A DNA stretch of 63,312 nucleotides, filler included, from Cercozoa sp. M6MM (Eukaryota; Protista; Endomyxa: Ascetosporea), in the NCBI GenBank assembly GCA_040357565.1. It is 8 parts of 8 records of this genome, joined end to end, with 100 filler letters (N's around TTAATTAATTAA, not from the genome) between each part and the next. Parts side by side here need not be neighbours in the genome. Positions count along the whole stretch, not along the records: positions 1 to 15,701 come from JBDODJ010000302.1; 7 more parts are not named here. One strand, 5' to 3'. Position 1 is the first letter of the stretch. Each line of letters starts with the position of its first letter. The notes under the pieces were generated by a model that saw only the letters and a list, made by a program, of their open reading frames with translations, searched no databases and was not told where the DNA came from. The position numbers and the translations under genes are program-made. Positions 1 through 12,423 of this stretch are shown piece by piece.

Positions 1-32
1 CCCCCCCCCCCCACTCCCTGTCCCCAATGTAC

Positions 33-588
33 CAGAGTCGTTGTGCACGACGATGCGCGCGCGCAGCACAGGCGTCTGCGTCGGCGTGTCCTGCACATTG
101 TGCAGCGCCTCGGGCACGCTGCCCAGCGGCGCGCCCTTGCGGCCGATGAGGCACCACGAGCCGCGTCGCCGCATGGCGTGCACCATCATGCTGCCCTGTG
201 CACAGGTATCAGGGAGGAGGTCTGGGGCTAGGGGAGGGAAGGGAGGGGGGGTAAACTACCAGCAGCATCGCGGCACGCTTGGCCTGCGGCGAGTAGCTAC
301 GCACACAGAACACCGCCTTAACCAAAGGTCCATACGGACGGACGGACGGACGGACGGACACACACACACACACACACACACAGCCGGACGGTTCTGTACC
401 GGAAACCGTCGTAGGCGTTGCCACGCACGGCCAGGATCACGTAGGTGCCCTGGGGGGGGGGGGGTAAAGTGGGGGGGGGGGGTAAATGNNNNNNNNNNNN
501 NNNNNNNNNNNNNNNNNNNNNNNNNNNNNNNNNNNNNNNNNNNNNNNNNNNNNNNNNNNNNNNNNNNNNNNNNNNNNNNNNNNNNNNN

Positions 589-628
<40 letters not shown>

Positions 629-2778
629 AAACGGAAAGGGAATCAAGTGAGGCGTAAAACTACCCTCGTCCTTCTGACGGTTCTGACGCACCGAGCGACT
701 CGCCGTTTCAATCTCACGATCGTCCGCCTGGACGCACAGAGAAATACAACTAATACAGCAACAAGCTACAACAACACACCTCGGGCATCTGCGGATTGTC
801 CGTGTCGAGTTCGGTTCCGTCCGCGTTGCGACGACGCGCCAAGTCGAACACCTAGGGGGGTAGGGTAGGGTAAAGGGGGTAGGGGAGAGGGGGGGTAGGG
901 TAAAGGGGGTAGGGCAGAGGGGGGTAGGAAAGGGGGTAGGGCAGAGGGGGGGGGGGGGTAAACCTGTCGGTCCAGCACGACGCGCGCCTGCTGATCGCCG
1001 TCGCTCTGCTGCAGCGACACGGCCACGCACTGCAGGCCACGTGCCTGCCCACGTGCCCACCCAGTCAGTCAGTCACCCAGTCAGTCAGTCATCCACCCAG
1101 TCAGTCAGTTGGTCAGTCACGTGAGAACTGAGTGACCCCGTGTGCACTGTGTACCTTCTTGGACACGGCGTGAGTCGCCGTTTTCACGCGACGCGAGTTG
1201 ACCTCAATGTACTGCTGTCGACGCTCGCCAGGCGGTCCGCCTAGACATCATGATGGTCCATTTGTACCCATATGTACAATCCCCCTTAACACTGTACCTC
1301 CCGACCGGACGGCTACGGCCAGTGTCACTGCGTCGGGCACTTGCTGCAGCGGCGGGTCAAAGCCCGGCACCTGCCACGGATAGGACGGTAGGGGGGGGTC
1401 AAGGGGCAGGAGAAGCGGCTACCAAGGCCGGCGTGCGCAGACACCGGTGCGCACCAAAAGGCGACGGCACGTGCGGCGCAAAGTGCGGCACGTAGGTTTC
1501 CAGACACGGCATACACTTGGCGTAGGCGCCCTTGCGCCACTACACACACACTGTACAGGTCCAGATCCAGTCCAAACGGACTCCAACTCAGACTCCAACT
1601 CACACAGGTACGAATGGACACAGGTACAAATGGACACAGGTACAAAACAACTCTATACCTGGTCCGAAAAGTACAGACGACGCGGCTGCTGCACGCCGCA
1701 CAGACAGCAGCGCTGCGTCTCCATCTCTTCTGTCCGGGGGAGGGGGGGGGGAAAAGGGGGGAGCCGGGGGGGAGTATAGTGGTGGAGGTTAAGGGGGCGG
1801 CTGGGGGTAAAGCCCTACCGTCGTTCTCCTGGTAGACGCCGTCGAGACTGCGCCAGTTGACCAGAACACGCGCCGTCTCTTCGTCCGAGTTCTCATGTCC
1901 CTCGTCGTCCTCCTCCTGCTCCTTGCTGTCGTGATCGTTGGGATGACCCCCACTGGAGTGGTCACCCGAGTCATCNNNNNNNNNNNNNNNNNNNNNNNNN
2001 NNNNNNNNNNNNNNNNNNNNNNNNNNNNNNNNNNNNNNNNNNNNNNNNNNNNNNNNNNNNNNNNNNNNNNNNNNNGGGGGTAAAGCACCACCCGCCGTCC
2101 GACTCGTCGTCGCTGCCCGACGCCTGTTGCCGCAGCACCGCCGCGCGTTCCGCCAGGATGCGCGCGCGCAGGTCTCCCAGTCGTCCGCGCTGCTGCTGCA
2201 GCACCTGTTCCCGCCCAGTCACACGTGTCCCCAGTCACACGTGTCCCCACTGAGTGTCCCCAGTCACACGTGTCCCCCACTGACAGGGCGTACCTCATGC
2301 AGAGGCGGCGCGCGACTGCTCGCGGGCGGAGGTGCCGGCGCCACCTGCTCCTCCTGCGACTGCTGCGTGTGATCGCGCGTGAGACACACGTCCAGGTGCG
2401 CGTTGATCAGCAGCTCCAGCATGCGCTCGCCGCACACCGGACACGCCACCTACCACACACACACACACACATACATACACACACATGGGCTCCCGTCCAT
2501 CTGGACATCAACATGGACAGCTCCATATGGACAGACAGCTGGTACATGTCCCTCCGGCATCGGCGCCTGCGCGAGAGCCGGCGGCGGTGGCGGCGCGGCC
2601 GGTGGCATCGACGACACTCGCAGACGCGGCATGCTGCCACGACGCTGTGGCTACGAGGGGGGGGGGCAACAACCACACCCACAGGGGCGCGGGCAAAGTC
2701 TACCTGACTCCGCCGCGCAGCAGCCACGAGATTCTGCAGCAGCACTGTGCGCTGACCCAGCACTCGCGGTTGTTGCCG

Positions 2779-2819
<41 letters not shown>

Positions 2820-5800
2820 GCTGTTGTTGTTGGGGCTGCTGTCGGCGGCGTTCCTTGCGACGCGCCTTCACCACGTCCAGCTGAGGGAGGGGGGGTAATG
2901 GGGTCTAAAAGGTAGGGAGCAACACACCCACTTGGGCTCGATCGCGTCGGCGTCGACAGTCTGTCCGAAGCAGTCGCACTCCAGGTCGAGGCACGGCAGG
3001 TGCTGCGGGTGCTCGCCCTCGATGCCATTGCACCAGTGACCACATGGCAGCTTGACTGGACACTGTGCACACGTGCACGTTCAGTTGGCACCATTGGGGA
3101 CAAGGGTAGAGGTAGGAGAGTAGAGGTAGGAGAGTAGAGGTAGGAGAGTAGANNNNNNNNNNAGGAGAGTAGAGGTAGGAGAGTAGAGGTAGGAGAGTAG
3201 AGGTAGGAGGGTAGGTGGACTATCTACCGCACGTGCCGCCAACTCATGACACTCGGCGGCGTGACACACCAGCGCGTGCGGTCGTTTCTCGTACGCCGAT
3301 GCCGTCCTGCGTCCCCACCAGGTAGGAGGGGGAGGGCAAGGGGGAGAGGGCAAGGGGAGGGCAAGGGGAGGGCAAGGGAAGACTTACGCAAAGTTCTCCG
3401 GCAGCACCGCGTCCGTACAGAAGCGACATTTCGGCGCCTCCTTCCTGTACGGGGGGGGGGTAAACTGGGCAAAGGGGAGGGAGTAGAGTCCTACCATCGC
3501 TGGTAGTACTCGCAGTCGCTAAAACCGACGTGGTAGCCCTGAGAGAGTCGATGGTCAACAGGAGGTAAATGGGGGGGGGGGGTAAACAGGGGGGTAAACA
3601 GGGGGGTAAANNNNNNNNNNNNNNNNNNNNNNNNNNNNNNNNNNNNNNNNNNNNNNNNNNNNNNNNNNNNNNNNNNNNNNNNNNNNNNNNNNNNNNNNNN
3701 NNNNNNNNNNGGGGGGGGGGGTAACCTCGCAGCAGCACTCCGAGCAAAAGTCGACGCGGCAGCGCGGACACATGACGCGAAACTTGGCGAAATGGAAACG
3801 CGCCAGTTCCGACAGCGGCTTGTTGTTCAGTCCTACAACAGCACGTGTCCACTCACCGTCTCAGTCAGAGTGATCCAGTCAGATGATCTCAAATGATACC
3901 CAGCGTGCCACTCGGCACCGTCTCCGGTCGCACGTCCTCCAGATCGACCTCCATCAGCAACTCGCACTTGGGACAGTGCACCGTCTTCTTCTGCCCGAGG
4001 GGGGGTAAAGGGGATGCTAGGGGGACACAGGCCTATACCGCGTCCGTGTTGCTGTCCACAAAGAGACGCAGCTGCGCGTCCATGTAGCGCGTCAGTTCCT
4101 CGCGCGGCAGCAGCATCCGCGCGTCCATCGCGTCTGCCCAGAGAGGGGAATAAGGGGATGGGGGGTAAGAGGAGGGTAGGAGTAAGGGGGGTAAGAGGAG
4201 GGTGGGGGGTCAAACCGTAGTCGGCATTGATGCGCTCGAGTAGCTGCGTCTGCGAGGCGACGTCCTCCTTGACCACGTGCTGCTCCTTGACGTCCTCCTC
4301 CTCCTTGCGATCATCACCGTCACCAGTGACACCGTCACCAGTGGTATCATCAGTGACACCGTCAGTGACATCATCAGCGGCACCGTCAGCAGGCTGCAGT
4401 GCGCCCAGGTGACGCACGTGCGACAGCAGGCGGCACAGACGGTCTCGGTGACACTCGGCGCACACCAGTGCCTGCACCGACACCGTCGGCAGCGTGGCAC
4501 ACGGCGACCTGCCCACGTGCCAGTCATACCCACGTGCCAGTCATACGCACGTGTGACACCCACACGTGCCAACTCAGAGGTACGTTGACTTGGCCGCCGG
4601 ACGGTGCAGCGCCTCCACCGACCGCTCCTGCCGACACTCGGAGCACGTGAAACGCAGCGCCTCCTCGCTGCACTCCTCGCTCCGTTCCGTCTCCTCCTCC
4701 GGCAGACTCGCTGCGTCGCTGCACACACGGGGGGGGGGGGTAAATCGGTGGGGGGGGGGTAAAACTCCTACCGCGCCCGCAGCAGCGCGTCCAGCCAGTC
4801 GCGCGCGTCCTCGGGATCGTCGCTGCGCAACACGAGTCGACGCGCACCCGGCACGTCCAGCTGGAAGGACCACCTGCTCAGTCACATACTCGCATCGACA
4901 CGTGGCCAGTCACACACACACACATGCGTGTGCGTTAGTGGCCACGTGTACCGGCCACACGCCACTGCCAGTGCGTCCGCGCTGATGCGGAAGTGATACA
5001 GCGGCCGCAGGTGCAGCTTGCTCCACACCACGAACTGCGCAGGGAGTCAAGAGGGCCAGGGAGGGTAGGGGTAAGGATGCGTACCGTCCCGTCGTCGAAG
5101 AGGCCAACGACAACGTCGCGCCAGTGACCACCTGCACTCCCAGTCACACATGTTGACCACATGTGGTCACACGTGGGCCACCCAGCCAGTCACCCACTCA
5201 GTCAGGCACATGTACTACCATCTTCGTCCTTGGACTGCTCGCTCTCCACGTCGGCACTCTCCGGCAGCTCTGGCTCGTTGCTGCGGCGGGGGGGGGGGGT
5301 AAGAGGGGGGGGGTAAGAGGGTAAGAAGGCGGGGGTAGGAGGTAGAAGAACCTCGCACTGCCGCCACCGAACAGCGAGGACGGCCGGCGCAAGAAACTCT
5401 TCGCCTTGGACTTGATGCGCTTGCGTTTCGACAGGCGCTGTTACACACCGTCAGTCAGTGACCCACGTCAGTGACCCACGTGGTCACTCCACGTGGCCAC
5501 CCAAGTGACCACACCGTCAGATAGTCAGACAGACGGTACCTCTTGCCGCTCGAAGAAGGCGCTGTCACCGCGCAGCACCGGCTCGTTCTCTGCGCAGATC
5601 CCACGTGGCTCCAGTCACCCAGTCACCCAGTCACCCAGTCACGCAGTCACTCAGTCACGCAGTCAGTGTGAGCACGTGCTGCCTACCTTCGGCCGAGGTG
5701 ACAGTGGAGGCCGACGCCGGCCGCGACGTCTCGAACACCTCGCACAGCGACAGCGCCGACAGTCGCACCGGCTGCGCGCCACGTGTCACGCACCGTGCCC

Positions 5801-8731
5801 CTGCCAGTCAGTCAGTCAGTCAGTCAGTCAGTCAGTCAGTCAGTCAGAGGACACGTGCCCCAGTCAGTCAGCCACGTGTTGGTACCTTCCGAGTCATTCA
5901 GCATAAGCACGCCATCGTCGTACTCCAAAAACGCGCACTGAAGCGGCGCCTCCTGCACCACTTGCTCTCCGTCTACGGGGGAGGAGGGGGGTAAGGGTAG
6001 GGGGCAGTAAGATGGGGACAAATGGAAGGCGGAAAGACAGCACCCATGACAAGATCGGCCCAGCGCGCGTGCTGCAGTCGGATCAGCGCCAGTGTCTACG
6101 CGCACAGTTGTTATACCCGTTATCCTTTACCCCCCCCCGTCTGCATAAGGTACCGCCAGTTCGCGCGATCGGAACGACAGTCGCGCACAGCGCGCCTATC
6201 AGTGAAATTGCCATACTTGCCCCCTGCCCCCTTAACCCCCCAGTGCTGAAGTCCCCCAGTGCTGAAGTACCTTGCGGAAGAAGTCGAGTCGCTTGAGGGC
6301 GCCACCAGAAGCGCCGTCGACGCACTCAAGCAGCGCGCGCAGCGACACCTCCTGCGGCAGTCTGTACACACTCCGTCCATATGTACATACATGTACAGTC
6401 CATATAGATTATAGTCCACATAGATGCACAGCCCACATAGTATGTACACATGTACAGTCCATTTCTAGACAGCCCACATCGGCGTGTACAACTCTTGTAC
6501 CGGCACAGCAGCAGGTGCGGCGACGGGTGATCGCGTGTGAAGACCCACTTCTGCGCGCGCAGCACGTAGACGATCTTGCGCGCCGTGCGCTCGTTCTCGA
6601 TTGCCATGCCGGCTACACACACGGGGGTACACACACGGGGGTACACACACGAGGATAGGAGGTAGAGCAGGGGGTGCCAGGTAAAAGTGCAGCCCACCAG
6701 TCGAGGACAGTGCTTGCTCAAGTGCCAGCACGGCCGGGTTCTTTCCGCCTGCCGATTGGAGCGGCGAGTCGCCTGGGTAGGGGTAGGAAGTAAAAGGAAG
6801 GTAGGAGGGAAGGGTAAGAAGGTAGGAGGGAAGGGTAAGAAGCTAGAGAGGGAAGGGTAAGAAGCTAGAGAGGGAAGGGTAAGNNNNNNNNNNAAGAAGC
6901 TAGAGAGGGAAGGGTAAGAAGCTAGAGAGGGAAGGGTAAGGGGAGGGACTAAAGAGGGAAGGGAAGGGTGTAAAGGGCAAGGGGTAATAAGGGGGCAAGG
7001 GTAAGGGTAAAGGCTAAGGGGAATTAAACCAGCCAGCTGCGCCAGTGTGACGCCTTCGGCGGCCACGGCGTCGGCGCGCCACGGCTTGCCGAGCTGCACC
7101 AGTCGCTCTACGAGCGCGCGCTGTGCCGCCGTCTGGATGGACACCTGTCCATATGTACCGACCATATACCGTCCATATGTACCGTCCATATCTACCGTCC
7201 ATATGCGCATGAGTACGAGGCAGTACCTTTTTGACAATCACATCCAGAGTGCCGTGTCGCACACCGCCCAATCGCAGCGACAGGAACTTTTTCGAGTCGT
7301 ACGCCAGGTCATGTCCGACGTCGATCTCGACACTGGGGGTGGGGTAATTAGGAGTAAATGGGGGGGGGTAGTTGGGTAAAGCACCTGCCCAGCGGGTCGT
7401 CGCTCACGATAAAGTTGTGATCGAACACCATGAGACACAGACCGCAGCGCGCCTGGTCCACCACGAAGCGGTCCTCCGCACGTGACTACGTTGGGGGGGG
7501 GGGAGGATAGAAAGGCAAAGGGAACGGGGCAAAGAGAAAGGCAAAGGGCAAGGGGAAGGGTAGGGGGTAAGGGTGAAGGAGGTAGCATTGAGGTACCTCA
7601 GGCAGAATGAAACCGAAGGTTTCGTTCCACTCGGGGTTCTTTGCGTTGCGCTTGATGACACGTGTCGAAGCCTATAGCCAGTCAGTCAGTCAGTCAGTCA
7701 GTCAATCAACAGTCAGTCAGTCAGCCAGTCAGTGCAATAGTATCATGGTACCGCCTGATCGGCCAGAGACAGGATCACATACGGGTCGCTACTGCGACGG
7801 AAAAAGTCGCGTCTGCACACAACACACACACGCATACATGCAACTGCACATGGACATTGGCACGTGTGTCAGTGACCACAACAGGATCAACCATCCCTCA
7901 GTGACAATGAGTGCTAGCGTTTTACTTCATGAGGTCACGTGCGCGTAGCACCGTCACCAGCACGAGGTAGCCGTGGTGCAGCGCGTGGTGCGTCTGCTGC
8001 CGGCCCAGTGCTAGCGCGTTCGGCGGCGGCAGCATCTCCCAGTCGTTACTGCGCAAGGTAACCAAGCCAGAGGTCAGGGAGTAAGAAGGAAGCGACATGA
8101 AGCACCCGTCATCGGCGGCCTTGGTGGTGTCGTCATTGTCATCAGCCGCAGTGTTGCTGGCCAGCGACGTCATCGCTTGCACCGTGCACTCCTTTTGCAC
8201 GTTATACTTGGACAAACGGTCCGTCATTGACATCACCTGGCCTGTAATCGAGGTAACTTAAGTATACAACATACCGTATCATAAACAACTAGTATTTGTA
8301 CCAGAAAACAGAAGACGCGAGATCTGCACGCGTCTGCCACCCTGTGTACGTACAGAAGAGTCAATTTTAGCTAGACCAAAAAGGAGTATAGGTCTTAAGC
8401 ACTCTACCGGCACGCGGTTCGCATGGTTCGTGTGGATCTCGCGAAGAATCGCATCTCTGTTGCAATAGTTATTTTAAAAAGAGGGAAAGATTCGAAAGTT
8501 ACAAAGCTACCGCAGGTCACAGACGAAAGCAGAGCCAATGTCCACGTAAACGCTTAACTTTGCATTGCCCTGCACCGACACACCGGTCCAGTTGCAAATA
8601 CAAGACGCACAAACTTCTTCGATACCTGCGGGAACGGGAAGGCACGAACCAGGACCAGCACCGATACCTGCACGGTCACAACTTAGCCAAGAGCAAAAAC
8701 ACCTTATCCTAGAAACAAGAGGGAGTGCCAT
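33..8731 (-). CDS. Large multi-exon putative ubiquitin-system protein: UBL, C2, PH, degenerate RING plus IBR, MYCBP2-like Cys region, polyQ, UBZ4, C4 zinc finger, ILEI/GG-like domain. 3'-partial; start uncertain; spans internal N gaps.
   Basis: Hand-spliced GT-AG exons give RLLFSGQVMSMTDRLSKYNVQKECTV (ubiquitin-like); LVTVLRARDL..SDPYV..NPEWNETFGF..VFDHN..DDPLG (C2); LRSDDPEDARDWLDAL (PH helix); CPKC..CPRCRVDFCSEC..YH (IBR); CRFC..C..KLPCGHWCNG..LPCL; CPVC..INAHLDVCL (UBZ4); GTYVILAVRGNA..RGSWCLIGRKG (ILEI-like). I met no stop codon between these blocks. Confidence 0.6.
2771..2832 (-). repeat. Coding (CAA/CAG)n polyglutamine tract
   Basis: (GTT)n on the + strand, in frame as a Gln run in an exon of the minus-strand gene. 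Confidence 0.8.
5806..5847. repeat. Intronic (CAGT)n/(ACTG)n microsatellite, representative of arrays also near 1062, 7680, 14030 and 61803
   Basis: Directly visible tandem tetranucleotide repeat. Confidence 0.9.
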
Positions 8732-9277
8732 TGCTGATCGTGGAGCCTTCTCTACCCAACAAAACACAAAAAACGTTTCATCGAAAATAAAATGCATGGA
8801 AAACTAATCGCTCGGCGATCACATCTAAGAAAGTGTACCGCGCACTAGGCACTCGCTATAGAAAGATCTGGAGCGTGAGCAGACGGAAAAATAGGCGCTA
8901 TCCTAGTTGATGGTTGCTGTTGGTTCGAACAGTCAACCGTTCGCACTCCCCTGTCACTCGTTCGGTGCTCCAGTATATGTTATTGCCGTCACAGAGGGGA
9001 CTCGAACAACCCTCCCACATGCTGTTCTGTCCGGTGGCTACAGGCTCCGACTCAAAAAAAATAATCACTGAGTTGCAGCGTCCGCTCCCAAGCGATCATG
9101 CCCTGCCCTACAGCTTGTCGCCAGTACAGGCACTTGCATCGACAACGTGCAGCTGATGAACAGCTACGATCGCATCAGCGCCGTTCCACTAGATTAGATG
9201 ACTTTGGTTGTGTTGGAGTAGAAGATGCGAAGTTTGCAGTTTCAAAAGTTGGACTTCGAAGTCGGCTTTCCTTCGTT

Positions 9278-9727
9278 TTAGTTTGCCGCCTCTTCCGGCA
9301 TGTGCAACGACGATACCAGCAGGCGCAGGTCTGGATACATGCATGCAGACGCATAAACAAGAGAAAGAGAAAGAGAAAGAGAAAGAGGGAGAAAGAGGGA
9401 GAGAGAGAGAGAACGCACTGTTGGCACGGCGCTTCTCTCCTCTCGTCGATCGTTCCTTCTTCTTGATCCTCTGCTCAGTCGAGTTGATGTGAAAGTCAGT
9501 CAAATAATGAAGTCGTGAGAGATATGCTACCTTCTGGCCGTTGTTGCGGCCCAGCGGGTCCGGGTTGCCCAGCTAAAATACAGACATATGACTCAGACAC
9601 ACACCCTAGATACTGCAACACGAAAGAACATGAGTACTTCATCGAGACCGACATCATAGGCAGCATCGGCGATCTCCGACATGGAGGACACCAAGCGCGG
9701 AACAACATCTGGTACACACGAGCATGC

Positions 9728-9775
<48 letters not shown>

Positions 9776-9785
9776 NNNNNNNNNN

Positions 9786-9837
<52 letters not shown>

Positions 9838-11394
9838 AGACACAGACACAGACACAGACACAGACACAGACACAGACACACACAGTGATAAGTGCGCTCT
9901 AGTATCAAGTGTACCCTGTCCAGTCGGGTAGTCTGGGAACATGTGACGCCACTTCTTCTTCGGCGTGCCGTTCGACTCGGGCAGCACCGCCACACTGCAC
10001 GCGCAATACGACTCACGCACAGCACAACACAGCACACAAGGCCCCAAAAACAAAGTCTACTTGTGAGGATGCAGCGTCGCCTTCATCGCCGTGGCGTCCA
10101 AGAAGACGTGCTTCACGCGGCCGCCAGCAGCCTCGATGGCAGCACGTGCCTCCGGACTGACCGAAGCCACTTGCACTGCAAAAAAGTTCCCAATTCACAA
10201 GATATACACCTAACTCTTGGACCCAAAGAGCCTCGTACCATCAAGAGGAGGCAACGACGACAGGTCGAAGCGAGCAGTCGTGGGACACGTCTCATCGTGC
10301 ACCTACAGACCATGTTAGTCATCCAAGTTACCTCTGTGTCAACACTGGAAACACCAACGTACGATGCGGTAGCCATTGCGTGCCGGCTGCGGCGCCGCGC
10401 CAGTGCGGAACAGCGTACCTACACAACAGCAATATACACACACAACCTCATAAGCAGAGACCACTCTGTCAATGCTACCTGTATGGATGGCATAGTTGGG
10501 ATCGATGCGACCCTCGGCCACCATTTGTGCCAGCTATTGAGTTGCACGAATGAGTAGTTTCGGTTTGGTGAGGAGGCGAAGGGGCCAAGAGCCTACCCGG
10601 TAAAGCGGCACATTCGTGAGCTGCGGCTGCGACATGTAGTCCTTGTGCTCGTTCTTGCGCCTGTCAAAACCCAAATGTGTGCTCAAGGACAGACCAGAAG
10701 AAACAGGGCAAAGGATGCTACCACTTGCGCAGACGGCGGAAGAGCGGCGTCTGACCACCTGAGACAGTCCGACGGTCATATCGTTGTATAGCTTTGTTTT
10801 TGACTGCTGTGAGTACCTTCGTAGCCACGGTAGGGCGTCATCTTGCCGTACTTGCCAGCACCCTGAAATCAGCCATGCATGAAGACACAGAACACGCAGA
10901 ACAAAGCGTACCTTATGACCACGGCCACTTGTCTTGCCACGGTCAGTACCGGCGCCTATTGCATTCAGAGAACAGGTCAGGCACTGCAACAATTGCTGGC
11001 ATGTATGCTGATGCAGAAGACACACCTCGACCGAGCTGCTTCTTGCGCTTGCGGCGCGGCATGACGAGATTGCGCAGGTGCAGGCGCTGCTCGCCCTGTG
11101 TGTGAATATACAATAAATACAGTTTCACACACACACACAGAAGAGGTACATCGGCGCAATCAAGCAGCGAAGTTTGCATGGCGGGCGACAGCTCCTCCTC
11201 CGCACGGAACTTGCTCGCCATCACACGTCCCTGCAACACAAAAAGAAAGCAGTCAGGACAATCAGGGATTGATCAATCTGCAAAACAATCTCATGGCCGT
11301 GACAACGCACCTTGACGCCTCTCAGCACCAGCGGACGAATAGTTTCATGGCGACGCTGAGCGACCTGCAGCACCGCTCGCGAGCCGCGGAACAT
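9278..11394 (-). CDS. MRPL15: Mitochondrial ribosomal protein uL15m (multi-exon)
   Basis: Spliced: MFRGSRAVLQ.. presequence; LHLRNLVMPRRKRKKQLGRG-AGTDRGKTSGRGHKG; GYEGGQTPLFRRLRK; ASVSPEARAAIEAAGGRV. These are uL15 signatures. The extended C-terminus ends at TAA 9278-9280. Confidence 0.85.
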
Positions 11395-11693
11395 TGAAAA
11401 AAACTATGTGTCCAAGCCGAGCGCCACAAGCCTGAGGCAGCGCTACGATCTCAAGACCACACACGGTAGGGCTACTGTTTGTCGCGGGTGCACTGCCGGA
11501 GTGCGCGTCCGTATTTACACTCCCTTAATCAATGCTCCAAGTCGGGGTGCACTTGGTCTTACCGAGTACTTCGTGCTGCGCAGACGAGTGCTTACAGTCA
11601 TTTTAACGCTTTTTTGTAAGAAACAGACGCGGAGCCGTTTGTTATGTACCAATTCAAATTTCTGTAATTTTGTAGTCTCGGATCCGCGCGCGG

Positions 11694-12377
11694 ATGGAGG
11701 CAGCGCGGCGCTCCTCTCGCAAAAAGCCTGTACGATCCGTTTTAAAGTTTGCTTTATCAATAGTTTGACGTTTTAACGTAGGCTAAATCGGCGGGCGAGT
11801 ATGTTAACACTGAGGAAGCTGTTGTGTCTCCGACCGCTGCTGTTGCGGTTCCAACAGCGCCAACGACCGGTGGTCAGTTTTTTGTGTTTTCGTTCTTTGT
11901 TTTTGTGCTGATACGGGGTATCTAAACACGTAGCAGTGACGCTGCCAACGGCGGGCGAACTGACGCAGGATGAGCGCGAACTAATGGCACTCATGCAGTA
12001 TGTGTGGTCATATCGGTTTTGGGATTGGATTAATGAAGTGACTGATGTTGCAGCTACCCATCACAAGCACAAACGATTGATTTGCCCGACTTGTGTCGAC
12101 TCGAGTTCGAGCAAGGTGCTGGTTTCTTGTTTTTGCAAAGGTCTGGGGCCGAAGTCTGCTGCAACAGACCTGCGGCGTGCGCGGCGGCGACGACGGCGTT
12201 TCGTGCGCGAGCGACGGCAGCAGCTGCAGCGCGATCGCGCCAAAAGTATGACCACTGGGCTTTGATACTGTCACTTTATTTTATTGTCGTTCTTTGTTTT
12301 TACTCGTATCCATATAATATATAGAGTACGAGTATAAATATATATCTAGCGTCTATACATATTTTATCTATATTTTA

Positions 12378-12423
<46 letters not shown>

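Noticed and set aside
9496-10053. ORFs with VCVCVC, HTHTHT, SQSVSQ or RERERE runs
   Set aside because: These are translations of intronic microsatellites.
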